From Candidatus Omnitrophota bacterium (GTDB lineage: Bacteria > Omnitrophota > Gorgyraeia > Zapsychrales > JANLHA01): a stretch of 64,000 bases of DNA. Both the position numbers and the translations under genes were made by a program. How positions within the stretch are numbered: position 1 is the first letter of the stretch; the number at the start of each line of letters is the position of its first letter. Under the pieces are notes generated by a model. The model was not told the DNA's origin, searched no databases, and saw only the letters and a list, made by a program, of their open reading frames with translations. The DNA lies in the NCBI GenBank assembly GCA_022711395.1, contig JAKLFA010000001.1, positions 387,277 through 451,276 of the forward strand. The letters run 5' to 3'. This document shows positions 27,539 to 36,586 of the stretch, piece by piece.

Positions 27539-28303
27539 TTAAGGACCGGCATGGATGTTGGGAAGGATGCGCAGGAGTTCTTCTTTGGGCATGTCATATT
27601 TCAAGAGGGCGTCACTTCGTAATCCGGCCAGAGCAGTGTAGTAGGCGTCATAACCGAGACTGAACGCGGTGTAGGCCAAGAGGCTGGAATAGTCATAATA
27701 TGTGAAATAGATCAGGATCTTTTTGTTCTTATCGAATTTCCGCAAGGCTTTTTCCATTTCCTGGGGGTTCATATAAAATTTTTTTGCTGAAGGGGAATCG
27801 TCATTCAAAAGGCGGATAGGATAAAAATCGTCGATCCCCAGGACCTGGAACGATCCGTAGGTTTGCGGGTCGATCGTGTTCAGGTCAACGTAACGCTGCG
27901 CCTTGAATTCCTGATAGGGTAGGGAAACGCCCGGGGAGGCGATCAGCTCGCCGCAGTAATCGACATCGCAGGATGCTTCATGGCAGCATTTGTAGGATAG
28001 ATACGTTTTGAAACGGATATCATAATATTTCAAACTGATGAAAGCTGCCAGGAAGAGCGTGAAGATCGCAGCCCAGAAACGGAGGCGCTGCTGGGAGGCT
28101 TTGTTTTTTATGAGCTTCAGGAAGGAGATGGTCCCGGCGCAGAAGACGACCAGGATATAGATCAGTCCCATGCCCATGGCTGACGCGATCACCTGGATGG
28201 TATGAGGGGAAATAAAGGCAAAAGCGTCCGTTGAAAGACAGAGAATGATACAGAAGGACAAAAGGGTTTTAAAGGATCTTGATCTCGACATGTTTGGCGT
28301 CAC
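27539..28303 (-). CDS. Membrane protein with 3 N-terminal TM helices and a Cys-containing C-terminal domain.
   Basis: Hydrophobic N-terminus followed by …CCHEASCDVDYC…. Family unknown. Confidence 0.4.
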   Translation of the reverse strand: MTPNMSRSRSFKTLLSFCIILCLSTDAFAFISPHTIQVIASAMGMGLIYILVVFCAGTISFLKLIKNKASQQRLRFWAAIFTLFLAAFISLKYYDIRFKTYLSYKCCHEASCDVDYCGELIASPGVSLPYQEFKAQRYVDLNTIDPQTYGSFQVLGIDDFYPIRLLNDDSPSAKKFYMNPQEMEKALRKFDKNKKILIYFTYYDYSSLLAYTAFSLGYDAYYTALAGLRSDALLKYDMPKEELLRILPNIHAGP

Positions 28304-28592
28304 CTGTTATGGCCAGTTTTCCACGCGGGGGGACCGGCCCCAGCGTTTGGTTCAAACGTATGATCGTTTTGCCGTATTCCAGCGCGATCAACGCCAGATG
28401 CGCCAGGGGAGAGCCCTGTTCGGTAATGATCAGTTTGACCTTGTGCAAGATGATCGAAAAATCCGGGTCCAATGAGCGGACGATCACGCAGGGGCTGCCG
28501 GCGAATTCTGAAATATTTCCCATTGTCTGATAGTCGATCATGTCCTCAGCGGTGAAATGACCGGTGATCGTTATTCCTTTTAATGTCATCAT
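28269..28592 (-). CDS. Stand-alone PEP-utilizing-enzyme mobile (phosphohistidine swivel) domain protein.
   Basis: …ITEQGSPLAHLALIALEYGKTII… matches the PEP-utilizer swivel-domain consensus around the catalytic His. Only ~107 aa, with no flanking ATP-grasp or PEP-binding domains. Confidence 0.55.
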   Translation of the reverse strand: MMTLKGITITGHFTAEDMIDYQTMGNISEFAGSPCVIVRSLDPDFSIILHKVKLIITEQGSPLAHLALIALEYGKTIIRLNQTLGPVPPRGKLAITGDAKHVEIKIL

Positions 28593-29310
28593 AGCTCATC
28601 TCAAATATATTTTGAATGTTTTTTTCTGCGGCTAGCTCAAGAAAAGAAAAACGCAGGTCGCGGATGACCAGGAGCGAAAGATATTTCAGCTCTTCCCGCA
28701 ATGACGAATAGGCCGCGAACAGGTTCTTGCTTTTAGAGTCGATAAAATCATAAAGAGAGGTCGCTTTCTGCGTTTTGAAGTCACTGAGGAACCTGGCGAT
28801 CTCAAGGAGCTCCTGCTCCGGGTATTCGCTGAAACGTCTGGCGGAAAGTTCATAGGCGTTGAAGGCGTAATGGCCGAAGCTTTCATTGAATGATTGACGG
28901 GTGATCTCCCCGTGGAACAGGCGCTTGAACGCAAGAAGTCTCTCATCCTCTTTCGTGATGATGGGGTTGGTTTTATGTTTTTCGGCAAAGAAGGCGTATA
29001 TCAAGAACGTGTTGTTGAGCGCGATAAAATCGAACAGGACGGTCAGCCGCTCCCAGGCGCGGTCGATCCTTTGGATGGTGTCCCTTTCAGCGGGGAGAGC
29101 GCGGTCATATCCGCGGGTGAAGGCGTGGATCCTCAGATACTCCTCCTGATACCGGAGCCGCAGCTTGACCTGGTTAAAGAAACCCCGGGGCGGGAAGAGG
29201 GAATCGTATTTCTGCTTTTGGGATATGGCCAGCTCCACAACGCTCCGGGAAAGAGGGCTGGGATCTTTAATAAAATCTTCGAAGATGTTGTTTTGCTCGT
29301 ATTGTCCCAT
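28546..29310 (-). CDS. Hypothetical protein. The start is uncertain (ATG 29310, or 29472 per the ORF track).
   Basis: Helical, charged protein. The ATG at 29310 avoids a 90-nt overlap with the upstream gene. Its 3' end overlaps the swivel-domain ORF by 47 nt in another frame. Confidence 0.35.
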   Translation of the reverse strand: MGQYEQNNIFEDFIKDPSPLSRSVVELAISQKQKYDSLFPPRGFFNQVKLRLRYQEEYLRIHAFTRGYDRALPAERDTIQRIDRAWERLTVLFDFIALNNTFLIYAFFAEKHKTNPIITKEDERLLAFKRLFHGEITRQSFNESFGHYAFNAYELSARRFSEYPEQELLEIARFLSDFKTQKATSLYDFIDSKSKNLFAAYSSLREELKYLSLLVIRDLRFSFLELAAEKNIQNIFEMSYDDIKRNNDHRSFHR

Positions 29311-29381
29311 GCGTATTAGAAGAAGGCTTTTTATCCCGTATTTTATGCCGGCCGTGGAGGGCTTGATCTTTTTTTTGGTCT

Positions 29382-30329
29382 TTAAGGAGAAGGGGTGATA
29401 TTGGTTCTCGGTGGAGCGTTGCCCTTCTGCTGTTTGACGAACTCCCTTGCCTGATAGACCAGTTCCCGGCATTTGTTGAAGTCGACCTCATGAAAATCCC
29501 TGATCTTGTAACAGTAGGACACGGGGTCATCCGGGCCATTGGGGTCAAGGGTCCCAACGACAGCCAAGGGGATCGCGTATGCCTTATAGCACTGATTTTC
29601 AGTGTAATGGCGGATGATCTTTTTTTCAACACTGCTTGGATCGACCAAAGTTTCGCACTGGAGGCGCAGCATGTCATCCCGGATGCTGATCTTGCTGCAC
29701 TCATTGATATCTTTTGTTTTGAACGCCCGGTAAAGCGTGAAGCCTTCCACGCAGTATTTTCGCCCGTCAGACCCTTCTTCAAAATTGTCCAGGCAGGCAT
29801 TGATCCCGGCCGGTGTCGTGACGGCCAGGCAGATCGAATAGGAAACCCGTTTATCTTCCTCGGTGCTGTCATCGAAGATTTGGTTTTTCAGGAACGAATC
29901 GCAGAGAGAAGGGTCCTTGTAAAAGATCACGTGGGCCATGCGGACGCTTTTTGACCTTAAGTTCAGTTTTTGGGCGTCCTCAAGGAATTTTTGGAGGTCT
30001 TTTTCCGTCTTAAGGTGGAACATGATCGATTGCAGACAAAGACGCTTAATATCATCACTCCATGTTTTGTTGTCACAGGTGCCGGTCTTGGCTTGATGGA
30101 GGATCACTTGATATTCCTGGTCCTGGTAGGAGTTGCCGAATTTGGGCAGTTGGCCGCGCGTGGCCAAAGATGTGCACTCATCAATATAGCTTTGGGATTT
30201 TTTCTGAACGTCAGAGAACTTCTGCCCTTTGAAATTATCCAGGGTCATGTCCAGGACGGTCTGAGCATGGATCGTTTGGGAAACAAGGGTAAGAAGCGCG
30301 CTGATCAAAAAGATTCGGAGGGTCTTCAT
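29382..30329 (-). CDS. Secreted Cys-containing protein (signal peptide MKTLRIFLISALLTLVSQTIHAQ), function unknown.
   Basis: Clear Sec signal peptide and about 12 Cys. It is divergent from the tandem rSAM operon. Confidence 0.5.
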   Translation of the reverse strand: MKTLRIFLISALLTLVSQTIHAQTVLDMTLDNFKGQKFSDVQKKSQSYIDECTSLATRGQLPKFGNSYQDQEYQVILHQAKTGTCDNKTWSDDIKRLCLQSIMFHLKTEKDLQKFLEDAQKLNLRSKSVRMAHVIFYKDPSLCDSFLKNQIFDDSTEEDKRVSYSICLAVTTPAGINACLDNFEEGSDGRKYCVEGFTLYRAFKTKDINECSKISIRDDMLRLQCETLVDPSSVEKKIIRHYTENQCYKAYAIPLAVVGTLDPNGPDDPVSYCYKIRDFHEVDFNKCRELVYQAREFVKQQKGNAPPRTNITPSP

Positions 30330-30576
30330 TCTTTTTCCGATCGGTTAAGTGGTAGTAGACATGACAGTATCACATCCAATGCATAGGTATTATATGTGTG
30401 TCAAAATTTGAGGTCAAGACTTAAAGTGACAGATCCTGATCCAAAGTATCTGGGGCATGCTTTAGATCAAGAAAAACCATTGCAAGTCCATTCTAAAGGC
30501 ATTATATTTACTATAAGTCTGAATAATGAAAAAGGCCCTCTTTAAGTCGAGAAAAGAGTTTTTTCCCTAAAAGCCG

Positions 30577-31473
30577 ATGAAAAAAGCGGATATCAAAACC
30601 GGGTTTTTATGCAATTCCAACTGCCGTTTCTGCGTTCAGGGTGACCTCAAAAAGGCCCTTGGCAATAAATCGGCTGCTGAGCTTAAAGAGATCATCAAGG
30701 AGGCCAGCCGCGACTGCGGGATCCTGGTCTTTACCGGAGGGGAAGTGTGCGTGCGGGAGGATATTCTTGAGCTTGTCGCGTATGCCCGGCAATTCCCTTT
30801 TCACACAATACAGATCCAATCCAACGGCCGTGTGTTTATGGACGAGCGTTTTTGCGCGGACGTGATCTCCGCCGGGGCCAATGAGTTCGCCCTGGCGCTT
30901 CACGGCCATACGCCGGAACTTCATGATTATCTGACCCAAAGCGCCGGCTTTAAACAGACGATCCGCGGCATTCGGAATTTAAAAAAACTCGGCCAGCGTG
31001 TTCTTGTGAACACGGTGGTGACCAAACCAAATTACCGCCACCTGCCGGATATTACAAAATTGCTGATCAGCCTGGATGTTGACCAGATGCAGCTGGCCTT
31101 TGTGCACGCGCTGGGTTCGGCCGCATTGAATTTTGAAAGCATGGTCCCGCGACTGACGCTGGTGATGCCCTATGTCATCCGAAGTATCGTGATCGCCCGT
31201 CATTTTGACAGGCAGATCGTCACGGAGGCTATTCCGTATTGTTTTCTTAAAGGTTATGAAGGGCATGTTTCCGAGCAGGTCATGCCTATCATGAAGATCT
31301 TTGAACATGATCATGTTGTGGCCAACTTCACGGAATCCAGGTTGACCGAGGGCAAGCTGAAAGGCCCGGATTGTCCGCAATGCGCTTATTACGAGGCATG
31401 TGAAGGATCGTGGAAAGAATATCCCCAAGCCTTCGGATGGGATGAATTCGTGCCGGTGAGCAGGGAACGATGA
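30577..31473 (+). CDS. Radical SAM protein (small, ~300 aa), first of three tandem paralogs.
   Basis: CNSNCRFC at residues 12–19, GGE motif (FTGGEV), C-terminal CPQCAYYEACEG. Confidence 0.75.
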   Translation: MKKADIKTGFLCNSNCRFCVQGDLKKALGNKSAAELKEIIKEASRDCGILVFTGGEVCVREDILELVAYARQFPFHTIQIQSNGRVFMDERFCADVISAGANEFALALHGHTPELHDYLTQSAGFKQTIRGIRNLKKLGQRVLVNTVVTKPNYRHLPDITKLLISLDVDQMQLAFVHALGSAALNFESMVPRLTLVMPYVIRSIVIARHFDRQIVTEAIPYCFLKGYEGHVSEQVMPIMKIFEHDHVVANFTESRLTEGKLKGPDCPQCAYYEACEGSWKEYPQAFGWDEFVPVSRER

Positions 31474-32606
31474 GCGCAAATAAGGTCCAAATTAAAAATA
31501 AGGCGGCTGAGGAGAAACGTCATTGGGTGCGTTTGACGAATACCTGCAACCAGCGGTGCGTGTTCTGCCACGATCGTCGGAATCAGCAGGGAGGGGTCGT
31601 GCCGTTTGAGGAGATTGTCCGCGATCTTCAAAAAGGGCGCAGGCGGGGTTGCCGGCGGGTGGTGCTGTCAGGAGGTGAACCGACGCTGCATCCTGAATTG
31701 GCCAGGGTCATTTCCGAGGCCAGGCGCCTGGGGTATTCACATGTGCAGATGGTGAGCAATGGGCGGATGCTCTTTTATAAGGATTTTGTAAAGGCCTTGA
31801 AGACGGCTGGTTTGGATGAAGTGACCCTTTCATTGCATAGTCATTTGGAGGGGCCGTTCGAGCAGATCACGCGAGCAAAGGGCAGTTTCCGTCAGGCGAT
31901 GAAGGGGCTGCTTGCCGTTCTTGAGAACGATTTTATTGTGAGCGTGGATATTGTCATTAATAAGCTGAATTACAAGAGCCTCGCACGGACCATGAAATTC
32001 TTTATCGGGTTAGGGGTCTATGAGTTCGATCTTTTGCATTTGATCCCGTTCGGGGATGCCTGGCAGAACAGGAGGGACGTTTATTACCCTATCCAAAAAG
32101 CGAAAAAATATCTGGATGAGGCTTTCGAACTTTCCAGGAAAGAACAGGTCTATCTTTGGACCAACCGTCTGCCGGCGATGTACCTCGAGGGTTATGAAGA
32201 CTTGATCCAGAGTCCGCGTAAACTTTTTGATGAAGTGGCGGGGATGGAGCAGGAACTTAAGAACGTTTTGGAGACGGGGCGCCCGATGATCTGTTCGGGA
32301 GAACGATGCGGATATTGTTTTATGGAGGCCTTTTGTCAGGATCTGATGCGATTACGAAAGGATAAGTTTCTTTCTGCCAGACAGCCGCCGCCATGTTTAA
32401 AAAAGAAACAGCAGTTGAAGCCGGCCGTTTACCGCTTTCGAAAGGGCATGAGCCTTTACCGGTTCCTGGATTTTTTTATTGAACATCGGTATTATGTGAA
32501 AAGCCTGCGGTGCGGGCAGTGTCGCTTCAACCGTCAGTGCGACGGAGCGCACATCGAGGAAATACGGACAAAGGGTTTTAAGGCCCTGGTCCCGTTTAAA
32601 AAATAA
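31470..32606 (+). CDS. Radical SAM protein with a SPASM/twitch-like C-terminus, second tandem paralog.
   Basis: CNQRCVFC; LSGGEPTL; C-terminal CSGERCGYCFMEAFC and CGQCRFNRQCDG. Its start overlaps the previous stop (ATGA). Confidence 0.75.
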   Translation: MSANKVQIKNKAAEEKRHWVRLTNTCNQRCVFCHDRRNQQGGVVPFEEIVRDLQKGRRRGCRRVVLSGGEPTLHPELARVISEARRLGYSHVQMVSNGRMLFYKDFVKALKTAGLDEVTLSLHSHLEGPFEQITRAKGSFRQAMKGLLAVLENDFIVSVDIVINKLNYKSLARTMKFFIGLGVYEFDLLHLIPFGDAWQNRRDVYYPIQKAKKYLDEAFELSRKEQVYLWTNRLPAMYLEGYEDLIQSPRKLFDEVAGMEQELKNVLETGRPMICSGERCGYCFMEAFCQDLMRLRKDKFLSARQPPPCLKKKQQLKPAVYRFRKGMSLYRFLDFFIEHRYYVKSLRCGQCRFNRQCDGAHIEEIRTKGFKALVPFKK

Positions 32607-32611
32607 GAGCA

Positions 32612-33547
32612 ATGGCGAGCCTAGGCTATATACAAGTCACCCGCGAGTGCAATCAGAATTGTATGATCTGTTCTAATCCTCCGACGGGTTATTATTTGCC
32701 GCTTGACCAGGCCAAGAAGGAAGCGGACTGGCTGGTCGAAAAGCGGTGCGCAGGTGTTATTTTAAGCGGCGGGGAGCCTACGTTGTATCCGCAACTTCCG
32801 GAATTGATCCGATATTGCAAAGCCCGGGGGCTGTTTCCACGGATCATCACCAACGGGCAGAAGACCTGTGATGAACAGTATCTTCGCCTTTTAAAAGAAT
32901 CCGGTCTGCAGCATTTGCATCTGTCGATCTATTCTTGCCGGCCCGCGGTTCAGGCGAAGCTCACCGGCAACGCGCAGGCCTTTGCCAACATTGAAAAAAG
33001 CCTTATGAATATCGTGCGGCTTGGCGGAATGACCGTGGATGTCAATATCGTGATCAATAAATATAATGCCGGTCATTTGTTGGAGACGGTTTCGTGGATG
33101 ATTGAACATTATGGTTTTGTTCAACATTGTGTTTTCAACAATCTGGATCCGTGCATGAACCGCGTGGCGGAGCATCCGGATGTGGTCCCGCGGCTCAATG
33201 ATTTTGAGCTGGAGCTTCACCGGGCGTTGCAGTTCTTGGCTGCTCATGGAAAAACATTCCGTGTTGAGCGTGTCCCGCTGTGCTATTTGACGGATTTCGA
33301 GCACATTTCCACGGAAACGCGCAAGATCGTCCTGAATGAACAGAGAGCGATCTATTTTTTGGATGACCGGGGAGAGGTGGAGCAGGAAGATTGGTATTAT
33401 AAAAAAGGGGCTGCTTGTAGGCCCTGCAGGCTGAATAAGATCTGCGCCGGGCTGTATGCCCTGGGAAAAGGATATGATGAAGGGGAGTTGTATCCGGTTT
33501 TTATTGATCCTGCCGGGATCATTGAGAAGATCAAAGGAATTCCATGA
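32612..33547 (+). CDS. Radical SAM protein, third tandem paralog.
   Basis: CNQNCMIC; LSGGEPTL; C-terminal CRPCRLNKICAG. Confidence 0.75.
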   Translation: MASLGYIQVTRECNQNCMICSNPPTGYYLPLDQAKKEADWLVEKRCAGVILSGGEPTLYPQLPELIRYCKARGLFPRIITNGQKTCDEQYLRLLKESGLQHLHLSIYSCRPAVQAKLTGNAQAFANIEKSLMNIVRLGGMTVDVNIVINKYNAGHLLETVSWMIEHYGFVQHCVFNNLDPCMNRVAEHPDVVPRLNDFELELHRALQFLAAHGKTFRVERVPLCYLTDFEHISTETRKIVLNEQRAIYFLDDRGEVEQEDWYYKKGAACRPCRLNKICAGLYALGKGYDEGELYPVFIDPAGIIEKIKGIP

Positions 33548-34521
33548 TATTCAATAACCTTTTGCTTGCTATGCTTTTTGGGTTCAGTTTGTATATTGCA
33601 GATCAGGATATGCGGACAAAACGCATCTCGAACCGGGTGATCGCAAGGGCGCTTTTGGCGGGGGTGTTGGTGTATGGAGCGGGCCTTATAGCTGGCGCGA
33701 TGAGCGTGACGTATGTTCTTCAAGCAGGGCTGAACACGCTTACGGCTTTTGCCGCTGGATTCCTGATCTGGAAACTGAACTTATGGCCTGCCGGGGACGC
33801 GAAATTTTTCATGGCCTGTTCCTTTTTGATCCCTTTACAGTATTATTCAAAGCAGTTTTTCTATTTTCCGGCGTTTAGTTTTTTGATGAACATGTTCTTG
33901 ATCTATTTGGTTTTTATGGGGTATAAATTTGCGATCTGGGCAGGTCAAAACATCGTTGCATTTTTCAAAAGCCGGGTGTTTTTAAGAAAGGGTTTTTTGC
34001 GATTTCTGAAGATGAGATGCAAACGATCCCTGGCCGTTCTCGGAACTGCGGGATTTTGGAAGAAACTGGCTTACCGGGTCATGTTCAAGGCTGTTTTTCA
34101 GGTGTCGCTGATCGCCGTGGCGTTCGTGTTTTTTACAAAGCGGAGTTTTCAGTTCCAGGCGTTCTCAGTGTTTTTTTTGTTCTTTCTGGGAGTGCGGATG
34201 GTATTCAGTGCTTTTGTTAAGACCTCAGGACGCCGGATGATCAAGGCGGAAACCCTTCAACCCGGCATGAATCTCTCGATAGATACGATCAAGCGGGTGA
34301 AATGCGATCGTGAATTCTTCAAGGGGATCGGGGCCTTGAGGGCTGATGGGCTTACTGTTCAGCAGGCAGAGGCCCTTAAAGAATATTTGTTGCGGAAAAA
34401 TTTTCTTGATATCTATATTTATGACACGATCGCGTTCTCACCATTCATCGCCTTGGGGGCTGCGGCAACGGTCCTGGCGAACGGCTCTGTGCTGGATTTG
34501 GGCCCGCAGATCATGATGTAA
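33544..34521 (+). CDS. A24-family prepilin peptidase-like membrane aspartyl protease (TadV/CpaA type) with a C-terminal extension.
   Basis: DQDMRTKRISNRV (CpaA-like D…R.I[PS]N motif) and WPAGDAKFF (GxGD second catalytic Asp), both embedded in TM helices. It overlaps the last rSAM stop (ATGA). Confidence 0.55.
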   Translation: MIFNNLLLAMLFGFSLYIADQDMRTKRISNRVIARALLAGVLVYGAGLIAGAMSVTYVLQAGLNTLTAFAAGFLIWKLNLWPAGDAKFFMACSFLIPLQYYSKQFFYFPAFSFLMNMFLIYLVFMGYKFAIWAGQNIVAFFKSRVFLRKGFLRFLKMRCKRSLAVLGTAGFWKKLAYRVMFKAVFQVSLIAVAFVFFTKRSFQFQAFSVFFLFFLGVRMVFSAFVKTSGRRMIKAETLQPGMNLSIDTIKRVKCDREFFKGIGALRADGLTVQQAEALKEYLLRKNFLDIYIYDTIAFSPFIALGAAATVLANGSVLDLGPQIMM

Positions 34522-34536
34522 GGTTCTTATTCCGAA

Positions 34537-35718
34537 TCAATGAAAAGGTTTTTGGGGGTCAATGCTTGCGGCTGAACATGTCTTGTTTTTGCCGGAGGAT
34601 TTAGCCTGATACATGGCTTGGTCAGCCAGGCGGATCAGGGCGTCCTTGGAAGAGACATCCGTTGGGTAGGATGCCAGTCCGATACAGACCGTGAATCGCA
34701 TGTATCCGACCCCGGAGGGGGAGGGGAAGTTATGTTCAGCGATTTTTGTGCGCAGGTGTTCAGCAATCTCAAAGGAATTCTGTCCATTGCTGTTTTTCAG
34801 GATCATGGCGAATTCTTCACCGCCGTAACGGCAAACATAGTCTCCGGGTCGCAGGGACTCGGTCAGGAGACGTGAAATATCTTTGAGGATCTGGTCCCCG
34901 TGCTGATGGCCGCACGTGTCATTGAGCTTTTTGAAATCATCGATATCGATCATCGCCAACGTAAAAGGTTCGCCGCTTCTTTTGCTCGCTTCGATCTCAT
35001 TGACCAGGTTCTTTTGAAAATAACCGTGGTTCCAGAGGCCAGTCAAAGAGTCGGTCTGGCTTTGGGCGACGACCATCTCATAAAGGCGTGAGTTCTCGAT
35101 CGCGAGCCCTGCCTGATTGGCCAGCATGCGGAAAAAACGGATATCGGCATCCGAGATGGGTTTCTTTGTGAAAATGTTATCAGCGACGATGAGCCCGTTG
35201 ATCTGGTCCTGCGCTTTGAGCGGCATGATCAGGAGCTCATGGCTTTGGAACTTTTTTAAAAACGGGTCATCTTTGAATTTTTCCACCTCTTCCGGAGGTA
35301 AATGCCAGGCGTGCCCTCTGTGATAAGCCTGGCACAACAGGCAGTCGGGCATATCCTTAACGGAGAACGTCATGTCTTTTAAGGAAAGGTAAAGATTGGA
35401 TTCATGATAGGTCTGCTCGAGGCGTTCTTCATGGATCAGGTCTTCCATTCGCTGCTCGGATTGGTCAATGTATTTCCAGATCTTGTTGGCCTCTTCTCCG
35501 GATTCCGGGCCGATGGCCATTTCGCATTTGAGGGTTTGGTTCTTTGGGTTGAAGAGGAAAAGGATAGCGCGGTTATACTCAAGCCCAAAATGCGAAGTGA
35601 CGCCTGTCAGAATAATATAGAGAACATGCTTCAGTTCGAGCGTTGTGCGCATCGCGCAGCTGATCTCATAAAGGATCCGTAAATTGCGTTCTGTTGGGTC
35701 TGTTTGTGAAGGCACCAT
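34537..35718 (-). CDS. GGDEF diguanylate cyclase with an N-terminal GAF-like sensor region.
   Basis: …RYGGEEFAMIL… active-site motif within a GGDEF domain (…SLTGLWNHGYF…DIDDFKKLND…). Confidence 0.85.
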   Translation of the reverse strand: MVPSQTDPTERNLRILYEISCAMRTTLELKHVLYIILTGVTSHFGLEYNRAILFLFNPKNQTLKCEMAIGPESGEEANKIWKYIDQSEQRMEDLIHEERLEQTYHESNLYLSLKDMTFSVKDMPDCLLCQAYHRGHAWHLPPEEVEKFKDDPFLKKFQSHELLIMPLKAQDQINGLIVADNIFTKKPISDADIRFFRMLANQAGLAIENSRLYEMVVAQSQTDSLTGLWNHGYFQKNLVNEIEASKRSGEPFTLAMIDIDDFKKLNDTCGHQHGDQILKDISRLLTESLRPGDYVCRYGGEEFAMILKNSNGQNSFEIAEHLRTKIAEHNFPSPSGVGYMRFTVCIGLASYPTDVSSKDALIRLADQAMYQAKSSGKNKTCSAASIDPQKPFH

Positions 35719-35882
35719 AAGTCCACATCCGTGTTGCGTTCAACTGATTTTGTGAAAGATAACACTTTCTACAATCTTTGTCAAGAAGCATATTTTTGGG
35801 CCTCATGAGCGCCCTAATTTGTAACTATTTTATTTACAAATATTTGTGTTAATTTAGAAATGGCTTGGTTGAAACCGCTTTC

Positions 35883-35911
35883 TTGACACTCTCGGGGGGC
35901 TGTGTTATACT
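35883..35911 (+). promoter_or_regulatory. Consensus sigma70 promoter (TTGACA-N17-TATACT) for the cvpA-dnaG-rpoD operon.
   Basis: TTGACA at 35883–35888, 17-nt spacer, TATACT at 35906–35911. It lies about 55 nt upstream of cvpA. Confidence 0.55.
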
Positions 35912-35966
35912 TGCACAAGCTTAAGTACTGGTTTTTCAATATGTTCGGCGATTTTGGGGGAAAAGA

Positions 35967-36542
35967 TTGAGCTGGATGGACTTAGTGATATTCTGTGTGT
36001 TTGCCTGGTGTATCGCAGCTGGCGTAAAGCAGGGACTTTTCTCAGAAATATTTCGACTCCTCGGATGTTTTTTTACAACGGTCTTTGCGCTGCACTTCTT
36101 CCCGATGTGCGCGCAATTTTTTCGAAAGTTCATTCCGATCGCACCGCGTTATCTAGAGTTTTTTTCATATGCCTTTTTAGGGATATTTATTATCATGAGC
36201 TTTAAAGTCATGCGTGATGCGATGGACCTTTTTCGAAAGGTGCCGGAAGAGGGGGCGGAGATCTCTTCACGAAGCCGCATGTGGGGCGCGATGCTAGGCA
36301 GTGTGCGGGCGGTTCTGGTGTCAGGATTGATCTTTACGGCGGTTGTGATCTTGGATCATACTCCGACGCTGCGGGCCAGTCAGGCGTCTTTTAGCGGAAA
36401 AATATTGTTCCATGTATCGCCAACTATTTATAAAGGGATTCACAATAACGTGATCGAGAAGCTGTTCCCGAACGAGCAGATCAATTCGAAATTATTCCGA
36501 AGGTTTGAGGACGTCAAATATCTTCATAAAAAAATGCCATAA
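35967..36542 (+). CDS. cvpA: CvpA-family membrane protein.
   Basis: The TTG start gives MSWMDLVIFCVFAW…, which aligns with the E. coli CvpA N-terminus MVWIDYAIIAVIAF…. About 4 TM helices. Confidence 0.6.
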   Translation: MSWMDLVIFCVFAWCIAAGVKQGLFSEIFRLLGCFFTTVFALHFFPMCAQFFRKFIPIAPRYLEFFSYAFLGIFIIMSFKVMRDAMDLFRKVPEEGAEISSRSRMWGAMLGSVRAVLVSGLIFTAVVILDHTPTLRASQASFSGKILFHVSPTIYKGIHNNVIEKLFPNEQINSKLFRRFEDVKYLHKKMP

Positions 36543-36586
36543 GAAGGTCTTGGTGATGATGGCTGGATGGCAGTGGGGAACTTGGA

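Noticed and set aside
30330-30576. Very short ORFs (14–16 aa, e.g. MTVSHPMHRYYMCVKI, MKKALFKSRKEFFP) in the divergent intergenic region upstream of the tandem rSAMs
   Set aside because: They are too short and lack Shine-Dalgarno (SD) sequences. The region is better explained as an AT-rich divergent promoter. They were considered as possible precursors and not supported.
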